A stretch of DNA of 64,000 nucleotides, from the NCBI GenBank assembly GCA_050613775.1, contig JBODTK010000153.1:186001-250000 (forward strand). Direction: 5' to 3'. Below are positions 1 through 13,300 of the stretch, piece by piece. The DNA is from Neocallimastix sp. 'constans'. Lineage: Eukaryota. The notes beneath the pieces are model-generated. The model saw only the letters and a list, made by a program, of their open reading frames with translations, was not told the origin of the DNA and did no database searches. Both the position numbers and the translations under genes were made by a program. How positions within the stretch are numbered: position 1 is the stretch's first letter; every line of letters begins with the position of its first letter.

Positions 1-850
1 TTATTTCCGATAGTGATTCACAATTCACTTCCAAATTTTGGAAAGCTGTTTGCCAAACTTTATTTGTTGATCTTAAATTTTCTTCTCCCTTTCACCATCA
101 AACGAACGGCCAAACAGAGAGATTGAACTCCGTTATTGAACAATATTTAAGATGTTTCTTTAACTATAAAGGAACCAATTGGAGTAAATTTATAAAGTTA
201 GCTGAATTTAGTTACAACAATGTAATCCAAGAATCTGCAAAACAGTCACCCTTTTTCTTGAATTATGGTTATCATCCCAAATATTCACCTGTTATTCGAA
301 ATCAAGTTAATGTTCCAAGAGCTGAAGAATTTACCAGAAATCTAAACTAGTTAATAGAAGAATTAAAAGTAAATCTAAAACAAGCAAACGAAACACAGAA
401 GAAATTTGCAGACAAATACAGAAGCAAACCACCCGATTTCAAAGTTAATGACAAGGTTTGGTTAGATAGTTCTCTAATACTTCACTCTGGTAATAAGAAA
501 TTTAATCCTCGCAAATTAGGACCTTTTAAGATAATGAAGAAAGTTTCTGAAGTTTCGTTTAAATTGAAACTACCTAAAAACATTAAAATTCATCCTGTTG
601 TGCACGTATCTAGTTTAGAACCCTATTACAAAGATAATAAATTTAAAAGAAAGCAATCTCCTCCACCTCCAATTATTGTAAATAATAATGAAGAATACGA
701 AGTCGAAGAAATCTTGGATCAACGAAAACATTACGGAAAGATTCAGTACCTGATAAAGTAGAAAGGATATCCTCTAAGTGAATCGTCATGGGAGCCCGAA
801 GAAAACTTGAATTGTCCTGAACTTTTAAAGGAGTTTAAAAACTCTCATAA
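1..850 (+). pseudogene. 3' end of degenerate Ty3/Gypsy chromovirus pol (integrase core end, GPF/Y region, chromodomain)
   Basis: SPFHHQTNGQTER and AEFSYNN integrase motifs; LGPFKI..KIHPVVHVSSLEPY; chromodomain EYEVEEILDQR..QYLIK*KGY..SSWEPEENL; in-frame stops at 348-350 and 759-761. Confidence 0.9.
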
Positions 851-1082
851 ATATTAACTCATTTATTTATAAATTAAATGTAATAAAATTGTCTTGTATA
901 TAGTTTAATTTTATTTAATAATTTAAATTAATATGAAAATAGTTTTAGTCTAGTTTAATATATTAAATTAGTTTGTAAATAGTTTTATATAATCTAATAG
1001 CTTTAGATTAATTTATAGATATTTAAAACAAATATAATTAAAATTTTGATTCGTCTGGTATCCGAATCCTCAAGCGGGACCA

Positions 1083-1495
1083 TGTAACGGATCACAGAAA
1101 TAAATAATATATTTTAGTGTTTAATACTTATAATTTATAGCTAAGTTCGCGAGTTCGAATCCGAACATTTACCTTAAAAATTTTTATTATTTTTATTTAT
1201 TTATTATTATTAAAATATTTTAGTTTATAATTATTTGATTGGTTTAAATTATAAAAATTTAATTTATAAAAATTTAATTAATTTATTTAATTGAAAAAAA
1301 ATATTAATATCTCAAAAAATTTCATGTAAATTGAAAAATCGTGTTTTTATTAAAAAATTAATAATTAATAAATTATTATTTAACACCAACCTTTTGATTC
1401 AAGATTTGTGCTTAATAATAAGTTTTATTTTATTAGGTTATTAATTTAAATTCTTATTTCTTATTGTTAAGCACAGCTTTATAAATAGTGAAATT
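1083..1495 (+). repeat. Probable truncated 3' LTR of the upstream chromovirus
   Basis: Purine-rich AAGCGGGA then TGTAACGG at 1083; TATAAATAG near 1480; right end not seen (runs into Copia internal sequence), so the end coordinate is approximate. Confidence 0.5.
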
Positions 1496-1914
1496 ATTCT
1501 AAATAGAAATGTTAACGAAGATATTTATTTTAATAAAAGTAAGAGGGAAGGTATTAACGACGAAAAAGTATCTATTTTAAATAAAAACAAAGATAAAGAT
1601 AAAGAGATATTAGAATTAGATGACCATGATAAAGAAGAAATTACCATTAAAAACAAAAACAATGAAAATGACGCTTTTAATTTAAAAGAAAACATTATAA
1701 TTGAAGATAATTCTAATAAAGATATTTTAATTGAAAATAATTTAAATAAAAATTTAGTTGAAAATACTTTGGGTGAAAACACTTTTAGTGAAAATAATTT
1801 GAGTGATAATAATTTGAGTGAAAATAATCCCAATGAAGAGTGTTCTTATTTAAATGTAAACAAAGAAATTTTTGAAAATAACAATAAACAAATCGTTAAA
1901 AATATTATTCCAAA

Positions 1915-1921
1915 TAATAAT

Positions 1922-1996
<75 letters not shown>
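1915..1996 (+). repeat. (AAT)n microsatellite, left half of the tract split by Copia B
   Basis: Direct reading; encodes poly-Asn in the Copia A linker. Confidence 0.95.
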
Positions 1997-2273
1997 TGTT
2001 AATTACACTTTAGTTTTTATTTAAAAATATAGTTTTATTTATTTATTTGTTTACTTTATTTATTTATTTTAAAGACCATTTTTTTCTAATTCATAAATGG
2101 TTAGTACATTTTATATACTCAATCATGTGATTATTCATTTGTTACACAATAGAATTACATTACATATATTTATGTAGTCTACATTAATTTATAATAATTA
2201 ATTACATATAGTTATATTTATTTAATTCATTTACTTATATAATAACACTCCCCCCTCAAATTAGTTTGTTTTT

Positions 2274-4994
2274 TTATTTAAAAGAAAACTCGATTTGCGA
2301 ATTCTTTAATTTTGGTCTATTAACAGATTTAGTTAAAATGTCAGCTAGCATATTCTTTGGTTCAATATATTTTAGTTTAATAATGTTTTTAGATATATAG
2401 TCGTAGTTGAAATGATATTTGATTGAGATATGTTTTAATTTTGGATTTAGATTACCATTTTCCATAGATTTAATACTTGCAGTGTTATCTGAATAAATTG
2501 TAATTGGTCTTGAATATCTGAATAGTTCATATAAAATATTTTTAATCCATAAAATCTTTTTAATACAAATTGAAGTACTAATGTATTCGGCTTCAGCAGT
2601 AGAAGTAGCAACTATTGATTGCTTCTTAGACATCCAGCATATTGGGTTATTTCCCATGAGAATAATATATCCTGAAGTAGATTTCTTGTCCTTAATGTCA
2701 CCGGCAAAATCAGAATCTGAGTATCCTAAAATTTCTCCTGTTCCATTATAACTTAATTTATAATTTTTAGTACTATTTAAATATTTCATAATGTTTTTAA
2801 CTTTTACCCAATCAGAGACTGTCGGACTTTCTGAATTCCTTGCTGCTTTGTTAACTGCAAAGGCTATATCCGGTCTTGTACACTTAGATAGGAATATGAG
2901 CATTCCTATAGCACTTTTGTAAGTGGTTTCATCAAAGGCTTGTTTATTTTCAGAAATTTTATTATCTCCCACACATGGAGTACTGACTTTCTTTAAATTA
3001 TTTATATTAAATTTGTGTAAGATATTGTTTATAAAATGAATTTGAGATATTTTATAATTGAAATTATTGTTTTCAACTTTTATACCTAAAATGAAGTCTA
3101 TTGGTCCTGATTTTGATATTTTGAAATTGTTTTTAATTTTATTAATAATGCATTTAATTTCTTTTATTTCTCCCGTAATTACCATATCGTCAACATAAAG
3201 TCCAATTAAGCATACCAGTTTATTGTTGACGATTCTTTTAAATAAACATTTTTCTGAGGTTAATTGTTTGAAACCTTGATTAATTAAGAAACTAGAAATG
3301 GTGATATACCATTGTCTTCCGGATTGTTTCAAACCATATAATGCTTTGTTGAGCTTCCAGTATCCCCTCCCAAAGTTAGTATCTCCGGGTGGAATTGTAG
3401 TATAAATATCCTTATCAAGGTCAGCATTTAGATAAGCGGCTTTAATGTCTAATTGATGAATGGGCCAATGAAATTTTGCAGAAAGAGAGAAGATCAATTT
3501 TAAACAATCGATGTTGAGTGTAGGAGAGAAAGTAAGTTCAAAGTCTATGCCATATTTTTGATTGAAACCTCTGGCAACTAGTCTTGCTTTCCATTTAGTA
3601 ATGTTACCTTCACTATCAGACTTGCATGCAAAAACCCATCTGGTAGTAATGATGGTTTTACCTTTTGGAACAAATGGGACAAAAGTCATGATTTTATTGT
3701 TGTATAGATTGTCTAGTTCTTCAGCAATAGCATTTTCCCAGCGAGAGTGGTCCTTACAGGTAACAGCCTGGTGGAAACTAGAAGGGACTTTAAAATTAAT
3801 GTTACAAATGGTTTTAGTGTTAAAATTAATTTTTCTAAATTTATTAAATACTTTTTGAGAGGTTGGACTAAGTGGTCTTTTAGATCTGAAGGGGTGTTGA
3901 GCATTATAGTTATTATAATAAACATTATTAATATCACTGTTAAAAGGTTTAAAAATAATTTTATTATTTGAATCAGAAGAATTATTATTATGTAAATTTT
4001 TGTATAAATTTAATCTACTAAAAGTAAAATTTTTAATATTGAAATTTGGTAAATTATTGGAGACGTTTTGATTATTATCAATAATTAAATTTTTAACACT
4101 TCTTCTTTTATTAAAAATGGACTTTTTGTTTACATTTTGTTTATTTGAATTGTCTTTAATGTTTATTGTACTATTTTCATAAATATTATTATTATTATTA
4201 TTATTTAAATTATTGTCCGAATTATTATTTTGATTATTATTTATTTGTATATTATCATTTGTATTTTGTAATATATTATTAGAATTATAATCACTTATAT
4301 CAAATAATTTATTAATTTTAACATCTAAATTAGGTAAAAAATTATTGTTATTTGCATTATTGTTTATATTGAAATTTTTATTAGTATTGTCTTTATTTTC
4401 ATTATTTAATTTATTATTAATTAAAAGATTTTCATTATTTGATTTTTCATAGTTAATTATTGAGTTTTTATCATTTAATATATTATTTCGTGAAAAATTA
4501 TTATTATTTAATATATTGTTTGAAAAATTTTTGTTATTATTAAATGGGTTATTATTATTTAAGGTTTGATTAGAGTTCTGATTTATTAAATTTTTATCAA
4601 TTAAGGTTTGATTAGAATTTTGATTTATTGGATTATTATTAATTAAGGTTTGTTCAATTTTTGAATCAAAATTTGAAAAATTTTTATTAATAAAATTTTT
4701 TTCACGAAAATTTTCATTTTTATTTTCATAGTTATTTGATTTTTCTTTGAGTGTAGTGTTTTGTGTGTTAATATTGGTATTATTTTTATTAGAATTAGAC
4801 TCGTTTAAACTCTTCTTATTATCTATTTTCAAAGAGGTTTCAGAATTTATATTTATTTCTTCATCTTTATTATTAACATTGTCTTTAATATTAACGTCAG
4901 GATTATCACTTGATTTATCAGAAATTAAAATAATTTTTTCATTATTTAATTTCATTTTCATAATTTTCATAATTATTCTGAGTAAAATTATCAT
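2274..4994 (-). CDS. pol: Copia B Asn-rich linker, reverse transcriptase and RNase H (frameshifted from upstream ORF)
   Basis: WKARLVARGF, QLDIKAAYL, LYVDDMV, YSDSDFAG, STAEAEY, MLADILTK. Confidence 0.93.
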   Translation of the reverse strand: MIILLRIIMKIMKMKLNNEKIILISDKSSDNPDVNIKDNVNNKDEEININSETSLKIDNKKSLNESNSNKNNTNINTQNTTLKEKSNNYENKNENFREKNFINKNFSNFDSKIEQTLINNNPINQNSNQTLIDKNLINQNSNQTLNNNNPFNNNKNFSNNILNNNNFSRNNILNDKNSIINYEKSNNENLLINNKLNNENKDNTNKNFNINNNANNNNFLPNLDVKINKLFDISDYNSNNILQNTNDNIQINNNQNNNSDNNLNNNNNNNIYENSTINIKDNSNKQNVNKKSIFNKRRSVKNLIIDNNQNVSNNLPNFNIKNFTFSRLNLYKNLHNNNSSDSNNKIIFKPFNSDINNVYYNNYNAQHPFRSKRPLSPTSQKVFNKFRKINFNTKTICNINFKVPSSFHQAVTCKDHSRWENAIAEELDNLYNNKIMTFVPFVPKGKTIITTRWVFACKSDSEGNITKWKARLVARGFNQKYGIDFELTFSPTLNIDCLKLIFSLSAKFHWPIHQLDIKAAYLNADLDKDIYTTIPPGDTNFGRGYWKLNKALYGLKQSGRQWYITISSFLINQGFKQLTSEKCLFKRIVNNKLVCLIGLYVDDMVITGEIKEIKCIINKIKNNFKISKSGPIDFILGIKVENNNFNYKISQIHFINNILHKFNINNLKKVSTPCVGDNKISENKQAFDETTYKSAIGMLIFLSKCTRPDIAFAVNKAARNSESPTVSDWVKVKNIMKYLNSTKNYKLSYNGTGEILGYSDSDFAGDIKDKKSTSGYIILMGNNPICWMSKKQSIVATSTAEAEYISTSICIKKILWIKNILYELFRYSRPITIYSDNTASIKSMENGNLNPKLKHISIKYHFNYDYISKNIIKLKYIEPKNMLADILTKSVNRPKLKNSQIEFSFK

Positions 4995-7611
4995 TTAATT
5001 CTTGTTCATTACTATTCTTGTTTGTGAAATGAAAATCGAAATTAAGAAAATTTGGGTCATTAAATTCATTTTGGTGAGTATTGGGGAGTCTTAAACTTGA
5101 AGGAGTATCTTCTAGACAATATATTTCTCTCACATGGTGTATTTTATGATCTTCATAATCCATGATTATATAGCAATGTGAGTTTTGATTGAAACCAAGA
5201 AATATACCTTTTTTAGCGTTAGGAGAAAATTTTCCCTTATTTTGTGAAAAATCTTTATAGTAAGTAATGCATCCCCAAACTCTCAGATACTTGATATCTA
5301 CCTTTCTTTTATAATATATTTCGTCAGGAATCTTATTACCTATTCCACTATGAGGCATTTTGTTGTAAATGAGATTAGCATATGTAATTGCATAATCCCA
5401 TAAATTATCACTTGTTTTACTCCAAAAGATTAAAGTTTTAGTACTTGAAATAATAGTTTGATTAAAACGTTCTACTAGTCCATTATTTTCAGGATTATAG
5501 GGAGGTGAATATTCTTTACTAATACCATTTTCGCTGCAGAATTTTTTAATTCGAATATTGTCAAATTCTTTTCCATGATCTGATTTGAAAATTTTAATGT
5601 TATTCTTGTTTTGATTATTTAGAAATTTTAACGTATTTATAACGATGTCTATTGCCTCAGATTTTCTTTTTAAAAGAAATATCCAACTCTTTCTGCTATA
5701 TTCGTCTATAATAACTAGGATAAATCTATAACCATTTACAGATTTGTTTACAGGACCCATAATGTCTGAGTGGATTATTTCTATGGTATCGGAGGCTTTT
5801 GGTGTTTCTTTATTGTGTGGATTTCTTCTCATTTTTGCAATTTTACAATCATTACAAAAATTTTCATCCACATTATGTAACTTTAAGTATTTATTCAGGT
5901 CTTTTGTGTAGTAATGACCTAGCCGTCGATGCCAAATTATTTCTTTGGCACTTCGAAAATTTTGCATGGCCATTATATTATTGCTGTTTTCTATAGGTTC
6001 GTTATTTTTATGATTATAATGATTAGGTGGTATAGCTGTGATATTTATTTCATTTCTTTTGTTTGCCTGAAAAGTTGCAACGGTTTTGTAGTTTTCATCC
6101 AAAAGGCTCATGATTACTTCATTGTTTATTTCTTCAATGAGCACTTTTGTTCCTGTTCTGGCGAATTCAATACCACTAATCATATTTTTCGCAACGTCTT
6201 TTGAATACAGAACCCTTTTTAATTTAATATAGTGATTGTTGACCTTAAAATCATACTCGCCATATCCTTCGAAGTCGCAATATGTATTATTGGCACATTT
6301 TAAAGTAACTGGATCATTAATGAAATTCTTTAAAATGTTTTTATTATTAGTTATATGTTCTCCGGCTCCAGAATCATATAACCATTGTGTTTTTTCATCT
6401 TCGTTTATATGAAAAATATTATTTAATGAATTTAAATATTCTGTAACTCTAGGAACCTTAATTTCTGATTGTTTTGAATTAATACAACTATTATTGTTTA
6501 CTTTTTCTTCATTATTATTACTTAATTCATAAATTTTGTCACAGAAGTTTATTAAACAAGTTGATTTCATATTTTCACTAGTATTTTGATCATTAGATGT
6601 GGATGGTCTATCAAGATATGGTCTAATTTGGTCATAGTTTACTTCATAATTATATTCATTATTTAAATTAGCATCATTTACGTAACCAATATATCTCTTG
6701 CTGTTATATTTTTTATTTCTATTGTAATTTTCATTATTACCCTTTTTATTTTCATTATAGTATTTATTAAATTTGCTATTCGGGTTTTTCGGGTTAAAAT
6801 AGCATTCTTTTGTGTCATGATTATTCATGTCACAAATATAGCAATATTTATCTTTTTCTTCTTTACCCTTTTTGGTATTTCTCTCATGTTCTTTGTTATT
6901 GCTATCATATTTTTGTGTTTTATTAATTCTTCTATTTTGTTTTCCTTTACCTTTAAATTTTCCAGCGTAGTCGATATCCATTGGGTCATCATGAGTTTCT
7001 TCCTTAGTAGTGTTTCCCCAATTATTAAAGTAATTCCATAATTTCAAATCTTCTTTTATTTTATTATATAGACTATCAACTGTTATATCACTATCTAAGA
7101 TAAATTTTGATTTGTAGCTTGTTGGTAAAGCACGTAAGAAATATTTTACCTTTTCCTTTTCTTCCATGGGTGCTTTTGCCTCTTTCATATTACTGAAAAT
7201 TTTAATCATTTTCTTACAGGCAGTTGGTATTTCATTTTCGGTTCTTGCTTTTATTGTTGTGAGTTTATTAATTCATTGAGTAAGGTCATTGGCTTCACTG
7301 TTATATTCAGTTTTTAAAGATTCTATAATAGCTGAGGCTGCTTCAATGCCTATGATATCCTCATGGATTTTTGGAGTAATTGAATTTATTATAATTAAAC
7401 GTACTCTTTTGTTTTCTCGTTTAGCTTTCTTAATGGCCTCAATATTAGTTGGGTCATTATCATATAATTCTTGAACAACATCCTTTTCGAGATATTCTTC
7501 TAGCTCTAGTTGTTCAACAACAGTATTGATGGAATCATACCAGATTCGATAATTTGATCCATTTAAGAATTTATTACTGCTTATGATATTTTCATTATTA
7601 TTTATCGACAT
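4942..7611 (-). CDS. gag-pol: Copia B gag-protease-integrase with one in-frame TGA at 7273-7275
   Basis: CYICDMNNHDTKEC knuckle, WLYDSGA protease, WHRRLGH..CNDC, IIHSDIMGP, KSDHGKEF, NGLVERFN; ORFs 7273-7635 and 4942-7209 share a frame and the stop aligns with a Trp in Copia C; start approximate. Confidence 0.9.
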
Positions 7612-7634
7612 TTTTATATATATGTTGTGAGCCA

Positions 7635-7649
7635 CTGAGACTCTTAATC
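7635..7649 (-). promoter_or_regulatory. Primer binding site GATTAAGAGTCTCAG, complementary to the tRNA-Lys(CTT) anticodon arm
   Basis: Directly abuts the 5' LTR; plus strand TGAGACTCTTAATC matches the remembered eukaryotic tRNA-Lys(CTT) anticodon stem-loop; identical in Copia C. Confidence 0.8.
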
Positions 7650-7904
7650 TGTTAATTACACTTTAGTTTTTATTTAAAAATATAGTTTTATTTATTTATT
7701 TGTTTACTTTATTTATTTATTTTAAAGACCATTTTTTTCTAATTCATAAATGGTTAGTACATTTTATATACTCAATCATGTGATTATTCATTTGTTACAC
7801 AATAGAATTACATTACATATATTTATGTAGTTTACATTAATTTATAATAATTAATTACATATAGTTATAATATATTTATTTAATTCATTTACTTATATAA
7901 TAAC

Positions 7905-8012
<108 letters not shown>

Positions 8013-9583
8013 GAAATTAGTAAAAAAATTAATTCAGAAATTAATTCAAATAAAATTAATGTCGAAAATCACTCAAGCAATTCAAAATTAAAAAATAAGA
8101 ATTCAAAGGAAATAAAAATAAAAATAAATAATACGAAAAATAACACAAACCTAATGAATCAAATTTATCCTGAAAACAAAATTATTGAAAACAAAAATCC
8201 TGTAAAATTCGATAAAAATCCTAAAAAAAATCATGTAGAAGTTAAAAGTAAATATAAAATTAATATAAAAAATAATTATTCAGAAAATAATCAAAAATCC
8301 AATTTACATTTAACTTTTAAAAATAAAGACAATAAAAAATTTTCAAAAGATAAAAATTTATTAAAATCGTATAAATTAAAAAATAATTTAATTAATTCAA
8401 AAAATAAAATTAATGAATCAAAAATGGACAATAATAAAAATTTTGAAAAGTTTAAAATAATTAATAATGATTCGCTAAATTTTAACAAAAATAAAAGTAG
8501 AGAATATGAAACAATAATACATATAGGAAAAAAAAAAGTTAAAAGTTTAAATAAAAATGCTAATGTAAATACAAATGTAGAGGAAAATGTAGAAGGAATT
8601 AACGTAAATGACTATAGAGGAGAAATACAAGAGAACATTAATAAAAGAAAAAGGGAATGTTTAACAAAAATTTACCAAATCATAGAACCAAATTCATATA
8701 TGGAAATTTTAAAAGAAAAGATAAAGATAAATGGATAAGTGCTATAGAAAACGAATTAAATAATATGAAAGAAAGGAAAGTATTCAAAAAGATTGAAAAG
8801 GTTCCTGAAGGAGCTAATATAATCGATTCCAGGTGGGTTTTCAAAATTAAAAGAGATAGTGAAGGAAAAATCAATAAATATAAAGCAAGGCTAGTAGCAA
8901 GAGGCTATACCCAGGAATATGGAGAAGATTATAAAGAAACTTTTTCACCAACACTAAAACAGGATTCATTAAGAATAATAATATCTATTGCTGCAGAAAA
9001 TGATTTTAGCATTCACCAAATGGATATAAAGGCAGCTTATCTATATGCCGATTCGAAGGAAGACATTTTTATGAAGATACCTGCAGGAGATCCAAATTTT
9101 GGAAAAGGATATTTTAAGTTACAAAAAGCTTTATATGGATTAAAACAGGCTGAAAGAGAATGGAATAATAATATTAGTACTACTTTAAAACATTTGGGAT
9201 TTTATGAATTAGTCAGTGAACCCTGTATTTTTATTAAGAAAAAGGATAATAAACTTGTGTGTGTTATAGGAGTATACGTAGATGATTTATTAATTACAGG
9301 TAAAGATGATGAAATTAATAAAACAGTAAGACTAATTAAAGAAAAATACTCTGTAACTGATATTGGTAAAGCAAATTTTATTATAGGTATAAAAATAGAA
9401 AGGATTCCTAATGGTTACCTTTTACATCAAGAAAGATATTTGGAAGACATACTTGAAAAATTTGGACTAAAAGATTGTAAAGAAATAGGAACTACCGAAC
9501 CAAGTTTATCTGATAAAGAAGATGATGAAGAATTATTTGATCCAACAACGTATAGATCCGCCGTAGGAAGTTTAATATATCTG

Positions 9584-10328
9584 TGTAAAGAGTTTGGAAG
9601 AAACAGATTACAAATAACAAAATACACAAAATATTTAGAAACACGTAATAAAAAAAATTCCTTTTTTTAATAAATAATCTTTTATTAAATTTAAAAGTAA
9701 ATCTCTTCTCGTTATTAACTATTTGATAGTCAATAACTAATACATCGATTTAATAATGAATTTTACATGTATTTATATTTTTTCATGATTATATTATAAT
9801 ATATTATTTCTATCTAATTTACATATATTACTATTTATTTATAAACAAAATATTTATTAATAATTTTATTAAATAATAATTAACTAAAACTAAACAATAA
9901 TTAATTCAATAAACTTTCAACTTATTTACAATAATAATTAAATTCAATAAAAACACATTTATTAGATATTTATAAATATTATTAATACTAATGTTTATAT
10001 ATTTACAATTCAAAACTATTTTTATAAACTATTTAAACTAATTTTAACTATTTAAAACTATTCCGAAATTAATTTTAAAGTATTTTAAACTAACTAAACT
10101 AAGTTAAATAGAATAACTATTTTAAATAAACTAAATTAACTAACTTAAATAAATTATTTAAATTAAATTTATTATCCAAAATTATTTAAATAATAATTTA
10201 TCCTTTATGAAAAGTTTACATAAATTTATAATTAATTTTCATACACGTAAATCATAAATTTATGTAATTTTATTACATTAATTAATTATTATATAATTAA
10301 TTATTAAAGATTTTATTAAATCTTTACA
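9584..10328. mobile_element. Solo LTR (745 bp) inserted in Copia A RT
   Basis: Ends TGTAAAGA...TCTTTACA; TSD ATCTG at 9579-9583 and 10329-10333; removal restores GSLIYL-AICTRPDI. Confidence 0.93.
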
Positions 10329-13300
10329 ATCTGGCTATCTGTACAAGACCGGATATTATGTTTTCTGTGAACAAAGTAGCTCAACATTGCAAAGAACCAA
10401 AGGTAAAAGATTGGGAAAACGTAATACAAATATTCAGATACTTAATAGGAGCAAAATATTACGGTATTTTATTTAATGGAGAAAAATGTCTAAAAACGTA
10501 TGTCGATTCAGATTATGCTAATGATAAAGAAACGAGAAGGTCTACGACAGGTTTTATCTATTTTATGGGTTCAGGTCCAACTAGTTGGTACTCAAAGCTC
10601 CAAAAGTGTGTAGCTACCTCCATCGCAGAAGCCGAATATTATGGACTATGTGAATGTGCGAAACAAGCTTTATGGTATAGAAACATTTTAGGAGAAATAA
10701 AGGATCAAAGAGAATGTATAAAAATTTACATTGACAATCAAGCAGCAGTATTTCCAATAATAATCTCTTTTTAGTCTGTTGTATGTTTTATATACTCCTT
10801 CATGGCCAATTTGATGAGCTTGATCAATTAATGTTAATTTTTCTTCTATGCTTTTCACTATGTACCTTAATTTATCACCTTGTTTATAATATTCCTTGTC
10901 ATCAATAATTATTATTCTTTTTTTGATATAATCTTCTATAAATTTATTAATACTATTACTATTATTATTATTATTATCACTTATACCATTATCACTATTA
11001 TCAACTTCATTATTATTGTTATATATAATATTTATTGTTTCTTTAAGTTTATCAGAAGTTTCCAATCTAGAAAGGACATCAGCTATGACATTCTTCCTCC
11101 CCTCTTGATATTCGATCTTAACATTCAAGATGGATAATTCTGTAACCCATTTGAGATGTCTACTGTTGGTAGGTTCACGATTATTAAATATACTAACAAG
11201 CGATTTATGGTCAGTATAAACTATAGTTATAAAAGAATTACCAGTAATAAATTGTTTAAATTTCTGAACTCAGTTGAAGACAGCTTTACCTTTCAGGTCA
11301 GTAATACTACAATTTTCCTCAGATTTACATAATGATCTACTTTCATAAAAAATAGGAACCTCAAGATTATTTTTATCTCGTTGTAGAAGAACACCTCCTA
11401 GTCCATCTCTAGAAGCATCGGTACGTATAATAAATGATTTAGAAAAATCTGGGGGAGTTAATATAGGTACTTGTATTAATTTATTTTTTAATTCTTCAAA
11501 TGCTTTAATACACTCTTCGGAAAAGTTAAATATCAAATTCTTCTTTAAAAGGTAAAATAATGGTTTTGCTATTTGAGCAAAATTTTTAATAAATTTTACG
11601 ATAATATCCTATAGCACCAAGAAAAGATTTAAGTTGTGTAGTATTTTTAGGTGGTAACCAATTAACAATTGTTTTTACTTTTTCAGGAATAGGAGAAATA
11701 CCATCTGTCGAGAGCTTGTGACCAAGTAGTGAAACTTCTTTTTTAAAGAATGAACATTTTTCCAAATTAATTTTTAATCCATTGCCTTTTAGTATCTTAA
11801 AAACACGACGTAAGTGTAAAATATGTTCATTTATATCTTTAGAAAATATTACTATATCATTAATATAAATAAATACACATTCACCGATTAAATCAAAAAA
11901 ATATTTTGTTCATTTCTCTTTGAAAGATTGCTGGGGCGTTACATAAACCAAATGGCATTACTCTAAAGTTGTAATTACCATACATTGTGGTAAATGCAGT
12001 CTTTTCTTTATCTTCGGGAGCCATTGGAATTTGGTGGTATCCTGAAAAAAGGTCAATGGTAGAAAGGATTTGTGAATTATTTCCGATTTGCAAAAGAATT
12101 TCATCGATTAAAGGTAATGAATATTAATTTTTAATTGTTATATTGTTTAATTTACGGTAATCAACGCACATTCTCCAATCTTTATTATTCTTTTTAGGTA
12201 CTAAGACAACAGGAAGGGACCAGGCAGAGAAAGACGGTTCAATCAACCGATTATTGATTAAAAATGTAAGTATTTCTTTGAGAGCCATAGATTGAGCTTT
12301 AGAAAGTTTATATGCTTTCAGTTTTATTAGTTTAGAATTAGGAATTAAATTAATTCTATGTGGTAATAATTTAGAAGTTTCAATGTCATCAGTCTTCACA
12401 GCTAATATGTCTTTAAAAATTTCGAATAACTCTTTTATAGAGTTCTTATGTTCACTAGGTACGGCATTAATAATATCATTTATTAGATTTTCTTTAACAT
12501 TAATAGTTTGTTCTAATTGTTTATCTTTATTCTGAATAACTATAGTAAGTAGTAAGGGTGTAGATGCATTTGCATTTTCTTTATTAATTTTTTCTCCCTA
12601 GTCAATTTGATTTTTCAGATTAATATCGTAGTAAAGGTCAGCTAATTTCTTATAAGTATTATCTTCATTAATATAATATAATGAGTCATTAACTAGGTTA
12701 ATGTAACGGAAACCTGGGTGTTCCAATACTAAAAGGACACTTAGAATAAGTAAACTAAACACAAGAATTAGTAAACACAAAATATTAATATTGGAGCACT
12801 TGATTCCTTTGTTGATTAGGAAGGTCGGTGCTGAAATATTAGTAATATTGGTTTTATTTATTATTTTATTTATTTAATTATTTATTTAAAAATTGTTTTA
12901 TTAGAAAGATGTTTTATTACTAATAATAATAATCTACGTTAAAATACGATAAAAGCACTAAGAGAAATATTTTCAAGTGAAAATTCATACCTATTTATAC
13001 TTTTTTCGGAAAAACAGTTTTCATGATTTTGAAAAATTATAGAATTATGGAAAATTCGTTTAAAACCGATTTTAGCCACAAAAACAGAAACTAATAAAAA
13101 GAAAGAATAAAATAGAATAAAATATAATTTTAACTATTAAGAATTTCTATAAAATTCTTAAAGAAATTACAGAAAGAAATATCTAAAAAATGAAAATAAA
13201 AATTATTAAAATTTGCTTTGAGTGTGAATCTAACCCGAGTAATTCGATTCATGGTCATAGCTTTAGCCATTATGCCAAAATTTCTTTTTCTGAAATTTTA

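Noticed and set aside
3562..3971. Short antisense ORFs over pol genes (also 28984-29289, 54781-55065, 57602-58354)
   Set aside because: Shadow ORFs of retrotransposon coding strands with no recognisable motifs
7273..7275. Programmed read-through or TGA=Trp genetic code
   Set aside because: The homologous codon in Copia C is TGG and other ORFs use TGG normally; a point mutation is simpler
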